A DNA stretch of 59,508 bases, filler included, from Platydemus manokwari (Eukaryota): NCBI GenBank assembly GCA_037951405.1. It is 5 parts of 5 records of this genome, joined end to end, with 100 filler letters (N's around TTAATTAATTAA, not from the genome) between each part and the next. Parts side by side here need not be neighbours in the genome. Positions count along the whole stretch, not along the records: positions 36,415 to 47,572 come from JBBMOY010865532.1; positions 47,673 to 59,508 come from JBBMOY010443332.1; 3 more parts are not named here. One strand, given 5' to 3'. The notes under the pieces are model-generated. The model searched no databases. It saw only the letters and a list, made by a program, of their open reading frames with translations, and was not told the origin of the DNA. The position numbers and the translations under genes are program-made. Positions 40,647 through 53,000 of the stretch are shown here, one piece after another (the stretch's first letter is position 1; every line of letters begins with the position of its first letter).

Positions 40647-42254
40647 ATGAGAATACGATTGCAATTATTATTTATTTTGCTATTGATTCAATTGATTAGA
40701 GGTAAAATAATATTATCGATTTAATATTTTGTTGATTGACCATTAAATTATTATTTTATTGATTTATCTGAATTTTAAATGATTTGGAGTTTAAAATAGA
40801 TATTTTCATCAATTACTTTCAGCCAATCAATTTTTGGCAGTTTTCCATCACCGAATGGATTATAACAATGCCAATAATTATTGCAAAGGTCGATATCTAC
40901 AAATGGTGAAAATAGAAAATGGAACTAAAAATGTATTGGATTATGAAAATCATTGTTATTTATATAAATATAAACATTTTAGAATTACGTCAATGAATTT
41001 GCGGCAAGCCAAAGAATCGGTCGGTATTGGATTGATGGAAACGATATTGATGAAGAAAGTGTTTGGGTGGATTCGGATAAGCATATAATAACATACAAGC
41101 AATTCTTTCCTTAATATTTGATTGTAAAATAAAACATTATCTCTGCAGAAATTGGCATTGGATTGAACCAAACGGCGGTCGTCACGAGAATTGTGTTGAG
41201 GGAGCACTTCATAGTTCTGGATTTTGGAACGATATCAGCTGCAATCGATTAAATTTCGTCGTCTGTGAATATGGGATGAGAGTTCCGAGTATGTTAAAAT
41301 TAATATTGCATAAAATGAGTCAATTGCATCTGAGTGATAAATCCTTATATGTAACTAAAATGTAATTACGTCAGTGAACACGTTCAAATCGATTGGCTGA
41401 ATACACCGATGTGTGAATCAGAGATCGATAACTGAAAATCACTACTGTACGACTCTAATAATTTATAAAAAGAACTGAAAAGTCGCGATGCCAAATTATG
41501 TAATTAAATACAATTATATAAACAAATCGATATAATTTAATATCAAATCTGAATTAAATCAATAAAAATTTAATTCAATTCGATTAATTTACTAGAATAT
41601 GATCACACTATGCTTTCAATTTATATTGTCGATATTTTAAAAATGTAATTCTTGGTTATTTTTAAGGGCTTCATTACACATTTGTGTCGCATCCTATCAA
41701 AATGACTTATTTCCAAGCTGTGAATCATTGTCGATCTATTCATAGACATCTACTCAGAGTTAGAAATCCTCAAGAAAATGTAAGTGCTGGTGTTTTCTTG
41801 TTTCCAATTTGTTTTATAATTGAATCTCTCTTATTATCATTACTATTTTCTTACTTCTAAAAATCGATAAATCAATAAAGCATCTTAATTCGATATAATA
41901 GATTAGTCGAACCATAACGTTGTGAACATTTATGAGTAACGTTTGATATTTTTATTCAGACAGCTGCATTCCAGTACGCACGATACCACAGATTAGGAAC
42001 ATATTGGATTAATGGGAATGATAACCAACATGAAAGTGAATGGGTCGATACGGAAAATAGATTGTTGATATTCAGGTCGAATATTTTTTTATTGAATAAT
42101 TATTTTATTGTTTATTTGGTTTAAATGTTTTAGAAATTGGCATACAAGCGAACCGAACGGTGGTAGAAATGCTAATTGTATTGTTGGCGGATATTTGGCA
42201 TCCGAAGCTTGGTTTGATGATCCTTGTCATGCTAGACATTCTGTCATTTGTTGA
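40647..42254 (+). CDS. Secreted tandem (double-domain) C-type lectin, 7 exons, ~256 aa
   Basis: Exons 40647-40701 (signal peptide MRIRLQLLFILLLIQLIRA), 40823-40932, 40983-41098, 41149-41288, 41667-41779, 41960-42075, 42134-42254 (771 nt in frame). CTLD1: YWIDGND..NW..EPNGG.HENC..WNDISC..VCE. CTLD2: YWINGND..NW..EPNGG.NANC..WFDDPC..IC*. AATAAA at 42280. Confidence 0.88.
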
Positions 42255-45200
42255 CATTACTGCCGAATGTCGAATTTGAAATAAAAGTGCTTTAAATAAT
42301 GTTTTTTGCTAAAATTAAATGAGATATCGCTTATCACAATTGATGGTCATTTCTTATGGCGAGATGTAAATTTGATGATCTCTTAACCAACAAACTCTTA
42401 AACAATAACAATACTATTATTAATATTCTAATGAATAAACTGGTCCCACTTCATTCCATCTAATCAACACAGTATTCCAATAAATTTTCTAAGTTTGGTT
42501 TTACAATTCAAATTTTTATCATTGATACCTCTGAAAATAAATAAAAAATATATTTGAAGAATCTGGTCAATGCAGTTGCAATTTTCATTGCGGAAGACTT
42601 TTAAGACTACAAGGAATTTCAAAGTGATTGCAGTGACTAACAAAAACTATGTGTAGTTATTAAAGTAATACAGAAACCGTGTTTTGAAGGTGAGTTAGAA
42701 AAATCTTAGGATTCAGAACAGTTTAAACAAATTCTTAAACTAGATTCTTTTTAAAATTACATTTTATGTTGTTCTTCTTCTTTATTGATTCTCCATCTCC
42801 CTCTCTCTGTGTCTATATATAGCTGTTTTCTCTTTGCACTTCTCTATTGTCAGTAAACATTGTCCGTGGTAGTGAAATATTTTTAGTAATAGTGAAATGT
42901 TTTGTCTTTCTCTTTTCTGCCTCTACTAATAATCACACTTTTAAATGTAATAAGAGATAGCAAATCCAAAATTGAATAGCTATTCACAATTTAAAAATGG
43001 TGATAATGATAACGAGTAGTTAGACCAAAATGAGATGAATGCGAATCACAAAACTATATAGTTACTGAGCCAAACTCGATTAATTTAGTCAATTTTAATG
43101 AGTAATAACACAAAATACGGGCAAACCAAAATAAAATATGCATGAAAAGTATTGAGTGTTAAATTCAATTCAAGAAAAGTGTATGAGTTTATGCTCCTTC
43201 CTGATATTGTGGTGAAATAGATTCGACAATAGATATAAAATATAAGATTTCGATAGGTAGATATGAACTCAGAAAATGAGTTTACCTATAAATTCAAACT
43301 TATTCAGAAGTAGAATGTCCTTTGGGAATGATTGACAACTTTCAGTGAAACACTTGATATATAATTCACAATTCGTAGACAATGACTTGCCCTTGATTTA
43401 TAAATGAGTATGCTGCCTCTAGTGATGGCTAGCGGTCTCGAGATTTATTTAATGGACCATTTTCTCAATCTGTTTATACTCTTCTTGAGTTTGCTGACTA
43501 ACACGGTGATATTCATTGAAAATCGATTGAATTAATCGAAGTTATCTGATAAACCATTTCATTTTCTGGATTGTAAAATAAATTCTAACAAACTTGATTT
43601 CATGGATTAATCACAATTAACTGTCTGTCAATTTTTCGATTTTGCTTTCCGGGATTATTTGGCAATATTTTCTTGTCGACAATTTCAATCATTCGTTAAC
43701 TTGCCATAATCACACTTCGCTTATTTAATAAACATTTCATGAAAATTCCATATAAATAATTTTACATTTATCAAAGATTTCTAAATTACTCTACGTGACA
43801 ATTGAGGGCGATATTTTCAAACGCAATTCAACACACACACAAATACATATTTTTACAAATAATAAAAATAATAATTTTATTCTCAAACATGCTAAAATTT
43901 GCATATTAGGGGAACACCAGTTTATGGTATTCACGCCATAAATAATCTTGAAGAATATTTTTGCAGAGTGAGTAAATTTAAGAGCACGATTTTTAATTAA
44001 TTAATTATTAATCAATAGTTTAGTAATAACAGTAGTCACCTTCATTTGGTTCTCCGATATCTCTCGCGTGAATATTTAGCAGCAATCTACTTGAGAAGTG
44101 CATTGCGCAATTCACCGGTTTTTTGTGTTCTCATCTTGTTAAATTCTTTGGTTTCCTAAATGAATATCATTAATAATATTCTTTATTGTCATTACACTCC
44201 GCACAAATCAATTAATAGTAGCATTTGTATTGATTGAATTTCGTGTATGTTTAGTACCTGACGAATTTTCTGCAACGGGACAAACAATAATTGTTGCCGC
44301 AATCAATTTATATGATTTTAAACCTTTAGACAGTTCAGTTAAGTTTTCCGGTAACTTCGTCTTCATACGAGTTGCAGAAGCCATCGAAGACCAGTAAGAG
44401 CTAGCATGAAAAATCCCTCTACTACACACAGTTAATATTCCTACTATTCCCAGAAAACCATTTTTTGTCTTGACTAAAACGATGATCTATAAACCAAAAT
44501 AAATTTCATACACCAATCGCATGTCAGGATATAGTGAATTTTTATTTCCATTAATATTTTAATAATTTTATTGTTTATTCAGTATTTTTAATTATATTTG
44601 TACCAATACCAAGATTTCAGTACTATTTTGTGGCTATGTTATGAATCCTCTACAATAGTACAATGAATTATATTCCAAATGAACTTTGTCGAAGCTATCG
44701 CCATTGTGAATATATATGACCTTTAATAACTTTAATAATCTTTGTCACGTTAATTGTCTTTTAATTCTAGATTATTGTCTTTTATTACACTACTAATAAG
44801 CGTAATGAATGAACAAATGTATCTGGTCAAGGAAATCCCCGGCAAAAAAATTAAAGCAAAACCCAAATGAATTGTTAACCATTTTACATCTTATTTTGTT
44901 GTCTTTTATTCAGAGTAAATTATCTGTGTATAAATCAATTTTTTACTTTAAAAAATCGATATATGTTCAGAATAATTGGAGGAAAAGTGCAATTCATTTT
45001 TTCAACAAACTTCTATTCGAAAATTCAAAGTCTTGTAAAAATACTTGCCTCTTAAAAGCGCGGAACTTTAAAATTTTTGTAAAAAAATACTGGTGGTATT
45101 TATGTTTTTTAAAAGAAATGAATCCTAGTTAATAACAGAAGTAATTGATAATGAAACTTCAATAGAATCAAACCGAAACACTTCTTATTTAATAACATCA

Positions 45201-46389
45201 TTACTAATATTAATATCTTTTAATACTTCTTTTCCTATTTCGAAAATATATTGTCGATGAGGATAAGATATAATGAAATATAATAATTAAAATCAAAATA
45301 ATTTAACTCGTATAATTACTTCTTTTGTAGTCGCCGGTTTGCATAAAAATGACAAAAATAATGTCATCAGAAATAAATTATATTAGAGCTATAATTATTT
45401 GCTTATTTATTCTATTTATTTATACTGCTATTGACATAAGATCGCTCAATAACGAATCTAATATTTGAAGCTCAAGAAGTGCCATGATCTAACCATTGTT
45501 CCTAACAGAATTCAATGATTTCTCTTAAATGTCAAAGATAAAAAATAAAATACAATTTTGACGAATCAATCAATCACAAATATTGTGACATGTGTTAGCC
45601 AATATTTTCTCAGCATATTATAAATAATCGATTATTATCTCATCTAAATCCATATCAAGAACTAATTTTCGTCTTCCAGTTACTTGCTTGTTATTTCCAC
45701 TCAGAGCTTTCTCATTTGTATCCTATTCACAAAGCCCTGGTGAAGATCCATCGTAGAATATTCTTGTATGAATCATTATCTTACCAATCTCTGTAACACA
45801 GAACATTATTCTCCAGATCCGGTAATCTACAAGTTCTATGTTTCATATTAAAGTTGCGACGAAGAAATTCATGTCGCATTGTTTTGCCTTCATCTTTCAC
45901 ACTAAATCATATAGCCAACCCTGATCGATTTGTTTAAATTTAAATCTTGAACTTTCCAGTCTTGTTTATGAACTACCTTAAAAAATTTTCCTAAGAAAGA
46001 TCCACCTAGAAAATTTTAACTTTGATCTCCAGATATTTTCTTACTGATAAAAACGAAATATTTTGTCCGCCCTTATATTTTGAATAGCAATTCACTTGAC
46101 TAAAAATGTAACTCCAAATGACAGATATATCTAGAAAGTGGTGATTTATAAACTCTTTCATCGCGCTGAAGTAAAATTAGGCTAAAGATGTTTGATCGAT
46201 AAATAAGAAATATAACCACCAAATATAGTGATAATTTTATAAACACAGAATCTTATTGTTAATTATTCCAGTATAATTCTGAGCATACTCTGGATTGCCG
46301 ATGCCAAAATGATCTTCTTTCCACTGGATTGTACTATCGCATCTTTAATATTATACATTGTCCTTGCAATAATTGCGACTTCTGCTTAA

Positions 46390-47170
46390 TACGATTATTT
46401 TGATGAGTTTTTGGCTTTCTTGGTTTTGTTATTTTATTCTTATCAGTCTCAGATTTTAATTCGTTGCTAATCAATGTTGTCTTAATCAGTCTCTCGTGAT
46501 TCTGATCAAGCCCTAGGTACGATCTATTGAATTTATTGATTTCTATTTTCACCTCACATTTAATACTGTATGATGACAATACTAAACGGCAACAATGATC
46601 TAATGATTTTGAAGCTATGAGTCTCAACTTAATCAATAACAAACAAGTTTGGGTTTTATAAAAATATATTGACACGACAAATACAATTGACACTGAATAT
46701 AAATTACTACAGTGATAATAAAATGTTTTGATAAAAAATGTACAATTTATCCGACAATTCTTATCAAGCTTCCGGTTAATTCCTATCAAACACTGTTAAT
46801 AAACTGCACGCTCTTGCAACAAAACCACCTTCAAGGATGTGAGACAAAACTCTATAATAGGAGATATTCACGACTTTTATAGTAACGATCAGTTTGTTAA
46901 ATAATGATCAAACTCACGTTTATTGGCATATACAATTGAACAATTGATTTACACGAATACTTCTGCCAAATATGGATCGAATACTTACACACCATGAGTT
47001 AGCGGTTTCAAGTATGGCTAAGTGGTTTCGAAATACGGGCGAAATTATGAGGTTTAAACCCCCTATTTATACTATTTGGAAGACGGGTTTAGTCGTCACG
47101 ATTAAATGAAGAAAATGTTTACGTTTATCTTAATTCTCAAGAGATTTACCATTTATTCTTAAAGAAAAAA
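46390..47170 (-). repeat. Dispersed LTR-like repeat, copy B
   Basis: Inverted homolog of 33900-34760. Confidence 0.8.
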
Positions 47171-47229
47171 TTCCCCAAAAGATTGCTCATAAAAATAATA
47201 TAATATTATGGTATTTAATATAATTTTTT

Positions 47230-47572
47230 TTAACTCGCGTCTGATATTATATGAAGATAATATCAAACGGCAACAATGATCAATTGTTAATAAAACTATT
47301 CTTATGCCTATTTTTACAACTATTTTATCAGTCTCAATTAAACAATAACTATCAATTCAATAATAAAACTCGTGTTTTATAAAAGTTTATTAACACAAAT
47401 ATTACGTAACAATTATATAAATTACCACAAACTAATATGGTTAAATACAAATTCAATACAAAACAACGAACAAACTCATCAAGCTTCTGGGGAAAATTTA
47501 CGGTTAATAAACTGCACACTCTTGCAGCAAAACCACCTTTCAAGACGTTTGAGATAAAACTCTATAATAAGA
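47230..47572 (-). repeat. Dispersed LTR-like repeat, copy C (truncated by gap)
   Basis: Shares GTTAATAAACTGCACACTCTTGCAGCAAAACCACCTTTCAAGA with copies A and B; same orientation as and adjacent to copy B. Confidence 0.8.
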
Positions 47573-47672
47573 NNNNNNNNNNNNNNNNNNNNNNNNNNNN
47601 NNNNNNNNNNNNNNNNTTAATTAATTAANNNNNNNNNNNNNNNNNNNNNNNNNNNNNNNNNNNNNNNNNNNN
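47573..47672. other. Artificial scaffold spacer N44-TTAATTAATTAA-N44
   Basis: Same 100-nt linker. Confidence 0.97.
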
Positions 47673-48719
47673 TTAAATTTGCTTTAAATATGTATCATAA
47701 ATCTCTAAAATTTCTAAAATATGTAGGTTAACCAAATCACCTTGGTAACAATGGTAACAATGTAAAAATAGTTTGATAAAACAATGTTCAGAGTAGTCTA
47801 TACCTTAGCCAAGTTATTAACCACATCACTAAGACTATAAATTGAATAAAGCAGAAAAATATTACAATTTTTTTCAAATAATTAATTCCTTCATAAGCTA
47901 AGTTGCAATATATATTTTATCAAATACTTTTTTTACATCAATGGATAATAAGGATAAAATAGGGTTTTCAATATTTTGAAGTTACTGTCTTGGATAAACT
48001 CTTTCCATGATGTCAAATTTTCAGTAGTCCTCTACCAAAACATTAATTATCACTTATTATCAATGTACACTTAATACCAAAGTACTGAAACATCCATTCA
48101 CTGCTTATTATCGATTACTAGCAATTTATTTCATTTAATATCGCTTCATTTAAAATAAATGTTTGCTTAATATTACTATAAGAATTTTAAATTTCATTGT
48201 TCGTCACTTTAGCAAATGTGGTCAAGCTGTATTGTCTGTATTATCGAGGAAATATTTGATACAATTCACTAGAAAATCTAACTAAAATTTAAAAGAAAAA
48301 ACTAGTGACGAATTGAATTTTATATTTCAACTAATTGAGATAAGCATGATACCTCATAGTTTTCTAGTTTCTTAACTAATATATTACAGTTTTAAATTAA
48401 ATTTGACAATTATTATCAAGTTAAATTTGTATCATAGTCCTCATATGTGTTATTATATAAAAGATATAAAAATTTGTGTCAAAAGGTTTTTAGAATCTGT
48501 AACTTTACTGGAATCCAACAGATAATAGTTGATGTTGCAGAATAATCACTGGATAATATAATTAAATAATATTTAAAATGTAAATATTAATTATATCACA
48601 ATCAATAACAAATTCAACAAGTCTATAAAATATATTTGATTCATTTAAATATAAATTTATAACAAATAGCATATGATATCTAATTCTATTGTACAAGCAC
48701 AGAAACCTCAAGAGAAAAA

Positions 48720-48900
48720 TAAAGGGGTGCTACATAGGTGTTCGAACAAGCCTCTCTAAAAGTTGAAGAAGGGGAACTAAGATATGACCTTCTTATCGGA
48801 TTTTAAAAACCACAAGTCTAGAAATAATGGTGGGTATGCAGTTAATTATAATGACAATAAAAATTTTTCTCATTATAGAATATCTTCAGAATAATTGAAA
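48720..48900 (+). repeat. Dispersed repeat, probable DNA-transposon end (copy 2)
   Basis: Diverged homolog of 39920-40090. Confidence 0.5.
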
Positions 48901-50067
48901 TAATAAATATTGGAATGGATAAGAAATTGTTTTATGATAATAATAAAATTCTTCCTAATAATATTGTATTGGAAATTTTGTGCCTAACATATTGTGGGTA
49001 GAATGACTGGTTTCACTCGTTTACATACTGTTTCAATTTATTCCATCTATGTGTTTCATCCCTCTTAACACTATTTTTTAGTAATATTCTATGCTTATTA
49101 TCGTGCTACTATTTTTGGTTTCTTTAATACGCCAGTTACTATTTTTAGTTGGTATGTTTATATATAATAATTTTGTTTTTATTCTATTTTTGGACATGTA
49201 GTAACTTTTATTTTTAGATTTTATTTAGACACTACTATGACCTTGAATTCAGAGAAACAAGTGACGTTTTTAAACAAATTTTTAAAAAATAAGTATATTT
49301 TTTGTTGAAAATTTGAATTTAGTCTTTATTTTATTTCAAAATTTTTTGTACTTTTTGTTTTTCACTATTTAGTTGCTCGTGTTATGATTAATGAGGTAAA
49401 ATACTACAAATCGAAGAGAATGTATTCAATATTAACGAATAATTCGGACTTATGTCTTCGTCTAAAAATTTTAATAGTCTGCTAATAAATAATTCGAAAT
49501 ATTAGTTAATAGTAAATAAATTATCTTTGGTTTACGCCCATCTATCATTAATTCTTGATTTCCATTTCATTAAATTTGCGTAACATTTCTAGTTTCATTT
49601 CATAGAATTATTGTCCAGGATTATTAAAAAGTTTAGAAATCGTACACGACAAGGAAAACTTATAGTATCTCAAACCTTTTAATGAATTATATGAAGTATT
49701 CGGTTCGTCACAATCTTTTATTGGAGAAAAAAGAAATTATTTCATTGCTAATTAATTAAAATTATCGCATTTATCGTTTAGAAATATCAACATTTATATT
49801 AGCCAATTAAAATATCGTAACAATAATATTATATTGGGGAGTGATTCTTAGAAACTCTCAATGAAATGGCTAACTTTTATTTATATTTTTAAAATATTAC
49901 TTATCAAATTTATCTTTTTGCGAAGTTATGCAAAAATAAGGCATTATCAAATATTCACATCAAGTGAAAGCAATTCTTGTTGCATGAGTAATTCACAAAA
50001 TCCCATTTATGTAGGCACATGTCGCAAGATACAACAAATCAATGAACACTAGAGGGCTAATGTACTG

Positions 50068-53000
50068 TTATTCAGACGTCATTTTAACATTGCGATTCGA
50101 TTTTTCATAGCCTTCAGCAATCGGTTCGGCTACTAAGACATTATTGCTATCGTTTCTTATAACAGTATTTCCGTCTAGCTCGAGAGAAAGATTGTTTGTG
50201 GAAAACTCGGTTCCCAAAATGCCAGTCGACAATTCAAGAGATTTTGCAGTCAATTTCTCGGTTGATTGATCCAAACTCACAATATTCAATTGTCGTAGCA
50301 GTGATAAGGCTTCTGTTAAATTGACTTCAATATTGGCTGATGTTTCTTTGAAGTCTGGACTACAATTCTCCTTGGCCCAAGTTTTCACATCTAATTCAAG
50401 CTGCCTTTGTGATATTCCTACAAATGATAAATATATTTGTCATAGAGAATTGTCCAACATTTTACCAAAAGTAGTAACGTTAATCTGGTTTCGTGTCCTT
50501 ATAATCATTGGTTAGTCGCAGAGTTTTTTATGACATTAAAATCATTGTCTAACACTGATACTTAAAACATATTTTTATTTGAAAATATAATTTTTTTAAA
50601 AAGAAGTTTCATTTGCTTCGAGAAAGAAAATCTATACTCAATTTGTTGGTTTGTACATCTTAATGGATAACTTAGCATTACAGAATAAAGTGAATAGATA
50701 TATTTAGATTTTAATTTTAATGATTTTATTCACGCATCTGTTACAACACAACGAATCTGTGCAATTCATCCCCATCCGCACTGGGAGCAAAACGATACCA
50801 TATATAGATAAAAAACATGACATCAATTGAACATAATCACAATAGAATGAACATATAATAGGATGCTATATAATACATAAATAAACACCCGATACTGATA
50901 TTAAAGAGTGTCTCACAAATTTAAACAAAAAAATAAATAATAATAAAAAAAACAATAAAAAATTATAAAATTTCAAAAAATTAATAAAGGATAAATAAAA
51001 CATACGAAATATTTATAATATCTAACCTACAATGAATGGTAAAATATGGATAAAATAAAATTTTGTTTTACTGAATCGTACATAACCGAAGTTGGAAAAC
51101 ACGTTAACGCTTGTGAAATTTGATTTATTTGTATTTTTTTATAATATTATAATTTTATTCAGCTAAATTTTTAAGGAATTATTACATTTTTAAGTCTGAC
51201 TATGTATCTAATAATTATATTTCAATATCAAGATTACTATTACTTCTCTCGTATAACACATTTTCTTATTAAACCACAACACATTACAAAAAAATCTTAA
51301 ATCATTTTTGAACAATAGATCGATAATCTATTTTTATTCCCGATAAAATCAAGTTAGATAGGAGGGAGACTCACAGATAAATGGTTTAAACGATCAGGAA
51401 ATATAACTGTAACAATGGCAAATAGTACAAACACCAGCCATTCCAAAACATCTATTATAATTCAATATTTATATTTTATTCGTCAACCAATATCAGGTGC
51501 ATCAATAACAGTAATGATTAAAGGCAGCTGGGAATGTATTGGGAAACCTCATATTAAAGGTGAAGTAAAATTTGGTCTGGGATAAAAAAATCTTCTCAAA
51601 GACATTATTGTAAAAGAAATTCACCAACATTTAAGGTGAAATCGATATTATGAAGAAATGTGAAATGTTTTTAACGGAAATGAAAACGATCAATGCAATT
51701 CATCAACACTGTGATGAAAATAGAATGGTAATGAGTGGATGACGTAATCGAGATTGTTTCTAAGATTGAGTAATTATTATTGTCGATTCATCTAGGATTA
51801 TGCAATAATAACAGGTCCTTTGTATCGTCGATGTCCAAAAATGAAAAAAAAATTGAATGGACCAAAGAGTGTGATAAAGTTTGCAAAACTTAAGAAGTTG
51901 TCAAAGGCACCAATTTCAGAGTAACAAGATTCTAACAAAGAAATAATATAATTAAACAAGCTTTGAAGTTCTTCTACATCAAATTGATGTTAAAGCGATG
52001 AATGGAGGTAGTTGCATATGTTTCTGGAATTCTTAACATTCACAAAAAAGCCTATTGTGTTGCTAGAAAGGAACTTTTGGAAGATCATGAAATTACGCAT
52101 TTTAAGCATTATTTACTTGGCAAAGGATTTGCAACTCGCACTGACCACAAAGCTTTGGCCTACCTAAGAAAACTATCAAACTGATAAGTTCTCAGTTTCA
52201 AAAATGGTTTGCAAACTCAACGGGATTCAATCTAGATCTCTAATATAGTAAGAGAAGTGATCAAGGAAATGCAGAAGATTAAGTGTAGTTCCATGCTCGC
52301 AATGTTTAACACAATACATAGGAGCTAAATAAATCAAGCCCAAAACTCGCTTTATCAATGCTTTGACACTCAATTCTCCGCAATGATGAATTATGAAAGA
52401 TCCAACATTCCGATAATGTTCTTTTAACAATGGCTTCAAAAATTGGAAACTCAAGTCAACTATCAAGAAAAATAAATGCTTTCCCAACTTAGAAGTAATA
52501 CGAGCTGTTTGAATTAGTCATGGTCTATAATGACAATGGAAATAATAGAATTACAATACCAACAGACATTCACAGAAATAAATTAGACACCTTCATAAAG
52601 AGTTACGTCATATTAATAGTAAGAATTTGGCTGATTATATTCAGAATATGTATTACTGACGATAACATCTCGAAATATTGAGCATAAATTTCAGAAATGC
52701 AAAGCACACATGATAACGAAGGACTGATATTGCTACGAAGGTCATCGTATAATTCTGAAATTCCTGAGTACACAGCAAGTGAATTTTTATTTCAAGAGAA
52801 AATTCAAGTCTAGAAAAATTGAGCGGCTAAGGAAATCTTAAAAATAATGAGATGGGAAAATATTCCGAATTAAATTTTCGAATGATAGTTATGATATCAT
52901 GTTGTCACCTTATTATATAAATAATCTTTCATTGACAATTCTATTGATTTCATCCACAACTAGAAAATTCTTTAAAATTTGATTTTCTTTTGTTAAAACA

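Noticed and set aside
41598-41666. Separate start exon for a second lectin gene
   Set aside because: Candidate ATGs hit a stop or give the wrong phase with a ~22-nt intron. The phase-1 GTATGT donor at 41289 fits a single gene.
44050-44490. Exon-like segments and ORF 44208-44429
   Set aside because: No consistent spliced frame and no recognisable homology.
51045-51130. Possible LTR shared with the sequence after the PPT at 21602
   Set aside because: The similarity is short and almost all A/T, with no TG..CA boundaries.
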